Part shown: positions 32,750 to 46,999 of the stretch, piece by piece
How the letters are laid out: each line of letters starts with the position of its first letter
Numbering within the stretch: position 1 is the stretch's first letter
Source of the DNA: the human T2T-CHM13v2.0 reference genome, Homo sapiens
Strand: one strand, 5' to 3'
Assembly (NCBI RefSeq): GCF_009914755.1
Contig: NC_060947.1
Length of the DNA: 64,000 bases
Program-made: the position numbers and the translations under genes
The notes under the pieces: model-generated
Databases searched by the model: none
What the model was told of the DNA's origin: nothing
What the model saw: only the letters and a program-made list of their open reading frames with translations

Positions 32750-33420
32750 AAGAAATCGCTACAAGACTAGATGCCGAGTTCGAACTACTGCCTGGACGGC
32801 AGCGCCCGAGCGCCCGCAAAAATAAGCCCCCGTGCCATTTCCGGTACTAGCAAATCCTCCTGTATGTCCCCACTGGAAGAGTCCGGTGGGAAACCGTGCC
32901 ACCGCAAGGAAGGAGCCGGCGGTAGCTTGGTTCCTGAGCGGATGCTGGGGCTGTAAGGCGCGCGCGGTCAGCTGTTGGCGGTGCAGGGAGGAGGACGCCG
33001 GGGCTCGCCTTCCCTCCTCTGCCGCCGCTGCCGCCATGATTCCGGTGTCGCTGGTGGTGGTGGTGGTGGGTGGCTGGACTGTCGTCTACCTGACCGACTT
33101 GGTGCTGAAGGTGAGGGCCTTGGGCCTAAGGTCCAAGCCCGCGGTGCCCATGGCCGGAGCGCAAGGCCTTCTTTTCTCTTCCCCTGCCTGGCGCCTCCCG
33201 GGCTGGACGGTGCCCACGTGCGACAGTCCGCGTGGTGGATCGGCCCGGTGGAGTAAATAAAACATTGCCGGCCGCGGGAGGGTTGTGGCGGCCTGCGCGG
33301 CTGCCACTGTCGCAGTGCGGGGCAGTGCAGGCCCTTCAGCCTTCGGGTCCTGCCCGGGAGGCGCCAGTGGTGGGATCGGGAGGGCCGGGGCCCTGCCAGA
33401 CCCAGCAGCTGCAGTGCAGC
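32750..33420 (+). promoter_or_regulatory. CpG island / MBTPS2 promoter, exon 1 and proximal intron 1
   Basis: Abrupt GC- and CpG-rich block in AT-rich surroundings, spanning the start codon; GCCATTT (YY1-type core) overlapping TTCCGG (ETS core) at 32834-32844. Confidence 0.9.
33036..33110 (+). CDS. MBTPS2: MBTPS2 (site-2 protease, M50 intramembrane zinc metalloprotease) coding exon 1
   Basis: GCCGCCATG Kozak at 33036; encodes MIPVSLVVVVVGGWTVVYLTDLVLK (75 nt, phase 0); donor AAG|GTGAGG at 33111; lies inside the CpG island. Confidence 0.97.
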
Positions 33421-36400
33421 AGGGAGGAAAAGAAAACGTCTGCTTAGTAAAGACAGTGCTTTCCCTTATTGTTTTTAAGTTCAAAACGCTCTAGAGACTC
33501 AGATATTGGAATGAATCTAAATCAAGTCGTGATTGAAATCAGTAGTCTCAAATTTTTAAATGCATATGATCATCTGGTTTGCGGTCAAAATGCAGATTCC
33601 GATTCAGCAGGTCTGCGGCAAGGCCTAAAATTCTGCATTTCTAACCAGTTCCCAAGTGCTACTGATGCTGCCAGATCACAGAGTGTACTTCAAAGTAGCA
33701 CACTCAAATAGCAAGGATTTACATAACCAGTTTCTAACTACTTGAATTCTGATTTACACGCTGCACCCCACTTCTTCACACTAACCAGATACCCTGGGTG
33801 CACGGTCCATTTTCCAGTTATTTGAGAAGGGTAGCAAAAAATCAGGAAGAGTCGTCTGACCACATGCTTCAGGCAAGCTTTTGGAATTGAGTACTGGGGG
33901 GTAGGGGATGGGGAAGAGTAACTATATATGTGGAATAAGATCATATAAATTCTCAAGTGTTTAATAAAAATTCCAGTTATGGATAGCAAAATCTTCATGT
34001 TATGAATACCATTTAAAATAGAAAACCATAGTATTGCATGTTTTAGCTTTAACAATAAAATGAAATGAGACTTTTCCTTCTATCATTTAAACTTGTAAAG
34101 TGCAGGAGGTTACATAGCGTAGTCCTTAGATCCAGGGCTGGGCTTCTAGCCAATGTGACCTTGGGAAAATTGCTATCTGTGCCTTGGTTTCTCATCTTTA
34201 AATAGAGATAATAGTAAGGATCTCCTAAGATTACAGAGAGAATTACATTAGTGTATCCACATAAAGTCTCGCTCCTCAACTTGAGGTTCAAGGACCAGTA
34301 GCACTTGCATCATTTCGGAGCTTGTTAGAAATGCAGAATCCCAGGCCTCACCCCTGACCTAGGGAATCCGAATCTGCATCTTAGCAAGATCCCAGGTGAC
34401 TCCTCTGCACCTGTTTGTGTTTGAAAAGCACTGATGTGGCCGGTCACAGTGGCTCACACCTGTAATCCCAGCACTTTGGGGGAGGCTGAGGTGGGAGGAT
34501 TGCCTGAGTCCAGGAGTTTGAGACCAGCCTGGGCAATATAGTGAGACTTTATCTCTACAAAAAATTTAAAAGTTAGCCAACCATGGTGGTGCATGCCTGT
34601 AGTCCCAGCTACTCTGGAGGCTGAGGTAGGAGGATCTCTTGAGTCTGAGAGTCAGAGGTTAACAATGAAACAAGATCGTGCCACTGCACTTTGGCCTGGG
34701 TGACAGAGCAAGACCCTGTCTCAAAAGAAAAAGCACTGATTTAAAGTACTTGGCATAGTGGTTAACGTGTCATAAGCAATACAGGCCACAATGATTTTGT
34801 TGTTTGAAAAAGCCACATGAGCCAGGCATGGTGGTGCAGCCTGTAGTCCCAGCTACTTGGGAGGAAGAGGCGGGAGGATCGCTTGAGGCCAGGAGTTCCA
34901 GGCCAGCCTGAGCAACATAGTAAGACACACACACAAAGCCACATGATTTCTTCATGTTGCATATGTGAAAAAAATCTAAAATAAAAAGAACTTTTACAGT
35001 CCCTAGTCACAAGTGTGTGAGGTGACCAAGATGTCACTGGTTTCAGTAACAACCCCTAGCTCCTTAAGAATGCACCAACCTCTGAGCAAAAGACCTAACG
35101 CCTACTCAGAGTATCTGCCTGGGAAATGGAGAGACCTCAACTTTTAGGAGCCTGCACCTTTAGTTTCTCTGCCTCCAGCTTGGTCTGCTGATCCACCCTG
35201 GGCTTTTCTAGGATTTCTGCATAGACATCTGTTAGAGAAGTTGTGTCACTCCTTTTCCAAGTCTTGGAAAACAAGTACACTTAAAATTTAACTACCTGAA
35301 GACTGAGAGCAGATAATACTACAGATCCAAAGCAAACAGCTACCTATATTCAGACTATGGTCATTTTTTAAGACTATGATAGGGCTAAGATTTCCTTCTT
35401 GGACAGATAAGTTTCTCACATGGGTGGGCATGAATATGACAATACTTACTGTACTTACTGTGTCAGGTATATAACACAGCCTTATGTCATCCAAAATCCT
35501 ATATTAGTCAAGGACTTCAAACTTCCCTAAAGGTAAAACTCTTGTTGGGGCTGTGTATAAGCCCCTATCCCCACAACCCCAGAGAATTTAAGGGACATTA
35601 TTGAGCCCAAGATGGCTTTAGATAAGTTTTTTACTTTTTACATGATCGAGGTTGGCCTAACTTCTTAGAGTTGTTGCTCAGAAGAAGAAAGCAAACACTG
35701 ATCGCAACTGTCCCTTCTCTTGGATTGGTAGGGTTTTTTTTTTTTTAAATTATAACACAAGGCTTCTGGACCAGTGCTGTCCAATATGGCAGCTATTAGC
35801 CACATGTGGTTATTGAGCCTTTAGTCAGAGCTAGTCCAAACTGAGATGTGCTGTAAGTATAAAGTTGATGTTGAAATTCAACGAAGTAATGCCCCCCCCA
35901 AAAGTAAAGTATCTCACCAATAGTGTATGTTGATTACATGTTGAAATATCTTGGATATTTTGGGGCATAAGTATACGAAAATTAATATTTAAAATTTGGC
36001 TGTTAGAAAATTTAAAGTTATATATGTGGCTTACATTTGTGGCTCACATTATATTTCTATTGGACAACACTGTTCTAAGCAGGGGTCAGCGAACTTTTTG
36101 TAAAGTGCTTGGTAGTAAGTATTTTAGGCTTTTTGGGCCACAGAGGGTCTCTGTCGCATATTTTTGGTTTTTATTGTCTTTTTATAATCCCTTAAAAATG
36201 TGAAAACTATTCTTAGCTCACAAGTTGTGTGAAAACAGTCTGTAGTTCGGATTTGGCCTGTGGCCCATAGTTTACCAGACCCTAATCTCAGTAGACCGGT
36301 TAGGTCTGTGACCTTTAATATTCTGAAGAATAAACATAAAGCTTTAAGATTATAAACATTTGGGAAGTCAGCATCTTAATTTCCTCTAGAAAATACTTTG

Positions 36401-36470
36401 TGTTATTTTCTTACACATTATAAATTGTTCTTCAAAATTGAGTGATGTAGAACTTTTCTTTCTCTCTTAG

Positions 36471-36662
<192 letters not shown>

Positions 36663-37413
36663 TGATCACGACAGACAGCTTGTTAAATTAACTATTTCCA
36701 TTACTTTGCAGTTTTCTGAGTTTTAAAATATTGACAATATTAAAACTTTCTGGTTTTATATAACCTTATGGGATTGTATCATTGTGGCTTGCATACATTA
36801 AAAATCAAGGCATTTATGGCAATTTATAGTTAGGGGCTTTACAATGATCTCTGGGACACCCAAGATACAGGCAGGTTCTGTAGATGAGAGAATGTGAGGG
36901 TCAGGGGTGGCATGGTCTAGATTTCTTTTTGTTAAAAATTTAGCCCCAAATGGATTAGAGCTAAATGTAAACAATCAGATCATCAGAGTTAGCAGAAAAT
37001 GCAATAGCAGATCAAAGCATACAAAGTGGAAAGAAGGATATAATAAAGATAAGAACAGAAATCAGTGAAATAGAAAATATACAATAGAGAAAATCAGCAA
37101 AGCCAAAAGTTGGTTCTTTGAAAATATTAATTGGGCCGGGCGCAGTGGTTCACACCTGTAATCCCAGCACTTTGGGAGGCTGAGGCAGGTGGATTGCTTG
37201 AGGCCAGGAGTTCGAGACCAGCCTGGCCAACATGGTGAAACCCTGTCTCTACTAAAAATACAAAAATTAGCCGGGCATGGTGGCGCACGTGGTCCCAGCT
37301 ACTCGGGAGGCTAAGGCACAAGAATCCTTGAACTTGGGAGGCAGAGGTTGCAGAGAGCCAAGATCACACCACTGCACTGCAGCCTGTGTGACACAGCAAG
37401 ACCCTATCTCAAA

Positions 37414-37452
<39 letters not shown>

Positions 37453-38442
37453 ATAGAAAATATTAATTGATAAACCCCTACCATGACTGATGAAGAAAAA
37501 AGAAACGTAAGTAATTAAAAATGAGAATTGAGGCCAGGCACAGTGGCCCATGCCTGTAATCCCAGCACTTTAGGAGGCCGAGATGGGCGGATTGCTTCAG
37601 CCCAGGAGTTCGAAACCAGCCTGGGTAACATGGCGAAACCCCATCTCTACAAAAAATATAAAACTTAGCCAGGCGTGGTGGTATGGGTCTGTGGTCCCAG
37701 CTACTTGGGAGGCTGAGTTGGGAGGATCACCTGAGCTCTGGGAGGTGAAGGCTGCAGTGAGCTGTGACCGTGCCACTGCACTCCAACTTGGGTGACACAG
37801 TGGGACCCTGTCTCAAAAACAAAAATTGGAATTGAAAAGAGGACATTACTACAGATTCTATAGGCATTAAAAACATAGTAAGACTATTAAGAAAATTCTA
37901 TGCCTATAAATTTGACAGTTTTAGTGAAATAAACAAGTTCCTTGAAAAGCACAACTTACCAAAGTTAGAAAACATGGCAGATTATCTCCACTATACAATG
38001 GTAGCTTTTAATAATTAAAACAATAGAAAAAAGAAATTATTATTAAATTATACCATGTTAATATTTAAGCTCATTTTATCACAAAGTAAAGCTGAAATAC
38101 GATGCAGACAATAGAAGAGGTAGATGAAAAAGGATGGATGTCTATAACGTCAAAAGGGCTTTCATAACGATATAAGGACAAGATCAAAACAATATTATGT
38201 AAATGAGCAAGTGCATGAGAGGAAACAAACTTTTTTATTGGGAATGATATTCAGATTCTTTAGTTATCAGAGAATTATAAATTATAAAACTGCTTAAACT
38301 AGTGCTCATGCTGCAGTCAAATATTTGAAGTTCATGTAGGAAAAAGAAGCAGAGTTACTGAAATTTTTTAGCCATTATTTTAAAGCTATGAAATGTGGCT
38401 GCTTAGTGAATTTGCTAGTCCATGAATTGAGAGAAATTGTAA

Positions 38443-38706
<264 letters not shown>

Positions 38707-39578
38707 TAAATAACTATCGAAATAGAGATGCAAGATACCACTTATGATCTAGTGTAACTCCTATCCATAATATAAATATGAAAATAAATTAAAAGTCTCA
38801 TAATTTTCAAATTACCTGCTTACACAAAAAAATTAATAAGAATACAGCAAGGAATTGTTGAAATATTTGGTAGTAGTTGTAATATTAATGGTAAAAGAGA
38901 ACAAATGAACCATCATTAAGACTGTCAGCAATTAAACAGATACGTGACTGTCTTTTTAAGATATTAAATGATTGTTATTTTCAAAGAATAGGCATGCTGA
39001 TTTAAGATCTCTATAATGTATAAGTAAATTGCATTCTAATTATATGCAAAGTGTTTCCCTTTCCTTTTCATGGCCTTCAGAGCCTAACCAATAATATCCT
39101 TTTAATTAAAGATATAAGACCTTTCTGAATGGTCACTGTGATTTCTTAATGTGAAGAATAATGTGCTGAGTTGTACTCCTTTAAAACTCATGTGTAGACC
39201 TATACCTTATCATTTTATGTCTCCAAAGTTTGGAAGGGGGCTTTACATTGGCTCACTTTTATTTCACATTTTTACATTTATAGTTCCCATTTCCATGAGT
39301 CATGGATGTTGTTTTTAATCATGTTCTTATTAATGGAGTAGACTAAGGATTAGTAACAGATTGGGTTTTTTTTTCTTGTCTCTTTGTGTCCTCTACTAGG
39401 CTGGGTCACTGGGAAGATTTAGAAGTCATTTGTAGAGAACAATAATCTCTCCTATGGCCATAGCTCTTTTTTAGAGATTAAAAAGATTTAGCAGGTGAGG
39501 CCTCAGAAGAAATTATTTCTTTCTTCAGCAAACATTCCCTGCCTTACAGATGAGAAAATCAAGGCACAGACACGTTAA

Positions 39579-39983
<405 letters not shown>

Positions 39984-41438
39984 TAAGAGAGACAAATAAT
40001 TCTTCAAGGAACTATAAGTAATTTTACTTACAGTTTTAAACCTCTAGGTATATGGTGGGAGGATAGGTGGGACTGGAGGCAAGAGAACAGGATAGTGCAG
40101 GATATAAGGTGGGAGATACAGGTAGGGTCTAGGTTATGAAGTTTATGTTTTACCTGTAGGTAGCAAGTCTGTACAAAATGGACCAAAGTCATTAGAGTGA
40201 AGATGTGGAGATCATTTAAGAGCAGTAATTTATTTTAGAAGTGATAAAGATATAAAATTAGTGGCAAGGAGAATGAAGGGGATGGATTCAAGTAAGCTTT
40301 TGGAGTGGAATTCTCAGACATTGGTGATTAATTAAATGTGAGGCTGGAGGGAGAAGGAAAAGTTTAGGATGACTCTCAGGTTACACAATTGGTTCTTGTT
40401 CAACAAGAAAGAGGGTAAGAGAGAAAGAAGCCAGTTGGAGAAAATATGATCACTGGCTTATCTGCCTGCTAGAATTAGAATGGCAAAACGTTGTTTAGAG
40501 AAGAAATTATTTCTTCTCTTTGCCACTCAGTTTATTCATAGTACTCACAAAAATGTCAGCTCTATTAGGAGATCCGTGCTTTGGAACCATTAAGAAGTCA
40601 GCTGCCCTCTGGAGCCCACCATGCATATTCATGTATAAGTTTAAGAATGTTATGAATCCTGACTTTGACATGAGCTCTTGTAGCTTAAGTAACATACTTT
40701 CTGTTTACTCTATAATTCCTGACAGCCTTGTTCAGTATTAATTCTCCAAACCATGGCACTCTGTGTTGTTGAAAGTATTCTGTATTCAGTATTCTGGTAC
40801 ATCTGATACCCTGTGTGAATCATGGCAGAGACAGATGGGCAATCGTGTACTGTTGCCAGCAAATAAGACCTACCATCTGTTGGTATTATCACACATTCAA
40901 ATTCTTACTTTATCTCACTCACTAGTACATGCAGAAAATAATAAAGAGAAGGAAGAAATATCCTATTGGACCAAGCTTACTGATTTATTTGAAATAAAGG
41001 TAAGGTAAGCAGGATATTTTGTGATATAGAGGGTATGTATGACAGTCTTAAGTATGTAAATTTAGAGAGGGGTCAGAGAAAAGTATAATACTGGAAAGAT
41101 GTCTGACAACTTAGGAATGGAGCAGGTATATAAAAAGGGACATAGAAGTTCTTGAGAAAAGTTGCTCAATAGGGTCCAAGTAAAGAGAATTTCAGATAAT
41201 GAACATTATAAACATATCCATTTCCTTTGACTCTTTACCTCCACATCTGGGACTCTAGCTTAAGGAAACACTTTCAAATATAGAAAAAATAGTATTCATT
41301 AAGCTCTTTAGCCTAACATTATTTATTATTATGAAGAATTAAAAGCAACCAAAATATCTAATTGAGGAATGGTTAAATTATTGGATTGTCATTCAATTAG
41401 ATATTATGCACACATTAAAAATGATTATAACTAGTTTC

Positions 41439-42030
<592 letters not shown>

Positions 42031-43045
42031 TTATAACTAGTTTCTTAACTAGAGAAAGGACACTTGGAATTAATGGAATTTAGAAAATGATTCAAGCAGC
42101 ATTGTTTGAATCTTCAGTTACTAAAGGAAGCTTTTTAGATGAGATTTCTGTGTCCATAAAAATAAATTCCAGTTGAATTAAAATTAAAACTTGAAACCAT
42201 AAAAGGCCTTGAAAGAAAAGACCCATGTTATCATTTTTATGAGCACAGAATGAGGAAGACATAGAGCGAATAGTAGAAACCATGAATATTTTTTATGTAA
42301 CAGTAACACCTTTATTTTTTATTTTTTAAATACTTTATTAGAGCAGTTTTAGATTCACAGCAAAATTAAGAAGGTACGGAGATTTCCCCCCTTACAATGA
42401 TGAACCGACGTGAATATGTCATTACCACCCATAGTTTACATTAGGGTTCACTCTTGGTGTTGTAGGAAACCATGAATACTAATAGATTTGACTACCTAAA
42501 TTTTATATATCAAAAACTAAAAACAAAGTAAAATTAAAAGGCAAACAAACTGTGGAATACATTTATGTCATGTATTACAAAGGACCAATGCTGATATTTG
42601 AAGTGATCTTACGGATCAGTAAGAAAAAGTTGAATACTTTAGGAGAAAACAAGTCAGGTTATCAGTAGGCAACTCGCAGAAGGACCAAAAAATGGTCAAA
42701 AGTACGGGGAAAGTTCAGCTTTACAAATGGTCAAAGAAATGTAAATCACATTGCAGATTTGAATAAAACGAGCTTGCCCAAGGTTATGAAAGGGTCTGCT
42801 TTTAGAGTATAATTTGATGACATGTATCAAAATCTTTTAAATTTTGTGTAATAATAGCATTTACTACCCTCTCTGTGAGGCATAACATTAAACATTGGAC
42901 AAAGATTAGCTCATTTAATCCTCAAAATTACCCTTTTGTGCAAATGTGGTTATTTCCATTTTAATGATGAGAAAATAGGAATGTTGGAGGAATAATGCCA
43001 ACTTTCCCAAGGTCATTTAGCTAGTTAAGAGATAGAGACAGGACC

Positions 43046-43349
43046 GGCCGGGCGCAGTGGCTCACGCTTGTAATCCCAGCACTTTGGGAGGCGGAGGAAG
43101 GCGGATCACGAGGTCAGGAGATTGAGACCACGGTGAAACCCCGTCTCTACTAAAAATACAAAAAAAAAAAAAAAAAATTAGCCGGGCGTGGTGGCGGGCG
43201 CCTGTAGTCCCAGCTACTCGGAGAGGCTGAAGCAGGAGAACGGCGTGAACCCAGGAGGCGGAGCTTGCAGTGAGCCGAGATCGCGCCATTGCACTCCAGC
43301 CTGGGCGACAGAGCGAGACTCCGTCTCAAAAAAAAAAAAAAAAAAAAAA
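43046..43349 (+). mobile_element. Young AluY with 12-bp left-arm deletion (Yd-lineage-like)
   Basis: GAGACCACGGTGAAACC (lacks the 12-bp CATCCTGGCTAA stretch of AluY), many intact CpGs, pure A tail, TSD AGAGACAGGACC. Confidence 0.85.
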
Positions 43350-44782
43350 AGAGACAGGACCTCAAACCCATAACATGTCTCAAGAGCCCAATCCCTTAGC
43401 AAGTATGCTCATCTAAGAATTTCTTCCTCCAAAATATTTAGGTGTGTGTGTCCAAATATCTTTATCACATTATAAGAGCAGAAACTTAATTAAATGCCCA
43501 ACAGTTTATTCCATAGAACACAGTGTAGCTATTAAAAATCATATTGAAATAGAAAATACTCATGGGAAGACGTCTGTGATACTGTTAAGTGAAGGGGCAA
43601 ATTTCAAAACCAGATTTATAATAAAAGTATAGTTTTTAAAATTATGTGTACAGGAAAAGACTAGAAGGACATACATCAGAATGGTTCACAATGGTTTTAT
43701 ATGTGTATGTATGTTTGGGGAGCAGAATTTTAGGCTTCTGTTTTGCTTTGAATTTTCCAGTTTTCTTGCTTTAAACATATTTTTTATAATTAATATAATT
43801 ATAAAAGAAAGCAGAAATTTCCTCCAAAAGGATACCTTTTAGTCCCAACTCCTGGACTGTAAGAAATAGATTCTCAGTATGTAAATGGTATTCCTGAGCC
43901 TGGTGTGTCCCACTTAGCCTAATTTATTGTCTCTCTTTAACAGATGACATAACTTGGGAGTGATTACTTATCTTACGAGAATATATCTTTGCTATCTAAA
44001 AAAATTTGCTGTGCAGCTCTTATCTTCCCTTGTGTATGCAATAATATATACCTGCACATTTTAGGAGCACATGATTGTAAGACAACTCCTGCTTCATATG
44101 TTTGTAACATGTCTGTAGGTTCCAAATGCCTTAATTTCGACATTAAATTTCAATTTTAATGTATTTGTGTATCTCTTCCACACTATTTTTCTGACCAACA
44201 TAGTAGACCAACTAATGGAATAGAAGGGTATGGTGCTCCCACACTGATCGGGATCCCTATTAGACCAGCTTTCATTACCAACTCACCTATAACTTGAGGA
44301 TATTAAAATGAAACTCGCTGATTAATAATATGGAGTTCCTATATTAATCAACACAAGTACTTGGAACCTTGCAATAACAATTCAGCGGAAGGTCTAGGAA
44401 TTTTAACAAGGATTCCCAAATCAGGCATCCAGCCCTTGAGGTTGGGTCAGCTGCTGCCTGCTTCACTGTCATCCTGCATTCCTTGGCACTTTGCTGGGCT
44501 CCCTCATTCTTTCCCAAGGTGAAGACTCCAGGAAGCTAACATCTCAACTGTTTAACCTGGTGTTTCTCATTCTCTTTAGACTGGTGGTGTGCTTGTTCCA
44601 GAGAAACTGGCTAGTTCGAAAAATGAAATAGCGTTTTTGCTTTTTATTATGATAGAAATGGAGAAGTGAACCATTGTCATATTACTTTTAGTTTGCAGAA
44701 CATTCAGCTTGAAGGTTTAATACAGAATGAACATCATGTATCTTAGTGCCCAAGTGGGACTCCCCTGCACCCCCACTGATAA

Positions 44783-44914
<132 letters not shown>

Positions 44915-46676
44915 TAATGATATTTACCTTTTTCTTTGTACTACATGCAAAAAAAAGCTTTTCATTTAGGAGGATTTATTACTAAAATCTGCTATATTTG
45001 ATACTTCACTATTTTTCTTTCTGCGGCTATTGCCTAGTGCATAGCCATCATTTGTTACTTTGAGGAAGCTTCTTTTTTTATAGAGAAGATTAATATGTTG
45101 ATGAATATGCTCCATTAACCATGGGCATATCTGTAATCAGGGTCTTTCTATCCTTTGCCTTTTCCAGTGTGGTTATCCTCATGATGCCTCAAAGTTTTTT
45201 ACCAAGTCCTAAAAGCCAATCTTTCTGTTCATCGAGTCAGAATGATAACCACTGTACTCAAAACCCACTCACCTTAGAACTTGATTTGACTTATCAGCTG
45301 AAATAATTTCCTGCTTCTGCTTATGTCCTCTGCTGGCTAGAGCAAGAAAACTGAAAGCACTGGGTTTAACAAATATCATAGTCTATCTAGAAACCCAAGT
45401 GGAAGATAAGAAGACACCTGGGACTAGCTTTGAGTATCACTCCCTGTTCTTGGTCTTGGCTTCCCAAATGTATCATTGTAACTATACCTAAGCATTTAGA
45501 AGCCTATAACACATATAAAATCATGATGGGGAGAGGGCCACGTCATAACTCCCCTGCTACCTCCACTGATAATTACGGCCATAATTAGCAAGCATGCTAA
45601 TAGGAATGTGTTTTATCCTTTCGGTGTGTGGACCAGAGAAAAGGTTAAAAACCTCTGTTTTGGCAGAGAAGATGTAATCACTTCTTATTACTTTCCAGTT
45701 GTTTATGAACAAGAGTCTATTTATTGGCAATAAATCCTCATCTTGACAGAGCATATACTGTTACACAGATGTGCACAATAGTGGCTTAAAGTGGTGGCTG
45801 CTGGGTTTTTTTTTTCTTTTAAAATCGCCTTCAGTGCTTTGCAGCCTTTAGGATTTTACCTATAGACACATCGTTAATAACAGCTTAACAATTTACAGTA
45901 TGTTTGTAAAAATAACTTGGGTAATTTTTTTTTAAGTCCCAACTGCCAAGAAAAAAAATGAACTGTACGGTTGTCTTATATATTTAGTATTAAGCAACAG
46001 CACAATATATTTAGGTGATACTTTTTTCTAGGGGGGCTGTTTGGTTTTATGAGACTTAAATATTAATTTTTGGAAAATGAACTGATAAAAAATGGTTCTC
46101 TTTTTTTTTTTAATATGGAGATCAAAACCTGCTGAAAAAACTGGTTCTCTTAAGGACAATCTGAGCATTATGCATGTTTAAACATACTTATTTAACGTTA
46201 GCTTGATAGGAATACACCTAGATAAATCTCCACCATTATTTATAATTGCTAAGACAAATACAAGTTATTAGGTAATTTACTTGAATTATATCGTCTCCTA
46301 TGTTCTTCTCTGAAAATAGTTCAGAGTAAACCATAAAAATGTTTTTCATTTAGTTTCTCATAAAAGCCATTTCTGTATATATGTGACTAACTTCAATTAT
46401 TTGCTCAACATATTGGTTTCTAAAAATTTTGAAGTTATGTCTATTTCAGTATGCCCTATTTTGCAAAATTCAATTTCACAGATAACCAAATCTGTACATT
46501 ATTATAAAATTAAGATTATATATAGTATAGATATAATTTTTTTGGCTGTTCAGAGAGACTTTCTGTTTTTTAAGCAAGAATTCAAATTACAGTGAAAAGT
46601 TTTAAGATTATGTACACTATTAATTTGATAAATATAATAGTATTAGTAAACTCCTTTTTCTTATGTGATTTCTTAG

Positions 46677-46804
46677 GGAACAAGTTCGATTTAATGGCTT
46701 TGGGATTTTTCTCTTCATTATTTATCCTGGAGCATTTGTTGATCTGTTCACCACTCATTTGCAACTTATATCGCCAGTCCAGCAGCTAAGGATATTTTGT
46801 GCAG
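46677..46804 (+). CDS. MBTPS2: MBTPS2 coding exon 5
   Basis: Acceptor TTTCTTAG|G; encodes [42 protein letters not shown]; 128 nt, ends in phase 1; donor CAG|GTAACA. Confidence 0.96.
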
Positions 46805-46999
46805 GTAACAGACTTAATTTTGTTTTAATATTCATCTGTGGTTTTGGTTTTGATTTTCTATGGTTAGTGCTTTTTGGAAAATATATCACAAATGACAATA
46901 TCTTATCTTTTGGTTAATAACTTCAGTTTATAAGACCCCTTCAAAAGTAGAGGAGTAAAATAATTTACATTCCAGTTGCTTCCTTAAAACCAACTAAAA

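Larger units (their letters stand above)
32017..36290. mobile_element. hAT-Charlie MITEs and MIR around exon 1: MER5-like at about 32017-32192, 33540-33710 and 34270-34435; MIR at about 34110-34260; MER3/MER33-like at 35772-36075; MER58-like at 36080-36290
   Basis: CAGTGGTTCTCAACCTTGGCTGC...TTGAGAACTGCTG; TTAGAAATGCAGAATC; CAGTGCTGTCCAATA...TATTGGACAACACTG terminal inverted repeat; TGTGACCTTGGG...CTCATCTTTAAAAT. Confidence 0.65.

Noticed and set aside
32832-33260. 142-aa ORF as an N-terminally extended MBTPS2 or a separate protein
   Set aside because: GTG start in a GC-rich island; it reads through the exon-1 donor into intron. The strong Kozak ATG at 33036 gives the known N-terminus.
43920-44600. 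Non-repetitive-looking intron-3 segment with acceptor-like sites (CTCTTTAACAG, CTCTTTAG) as cryptic exons
   Set aside because: No convincing paired donor with an open frame; cannot be supported without RNA or conservation data.
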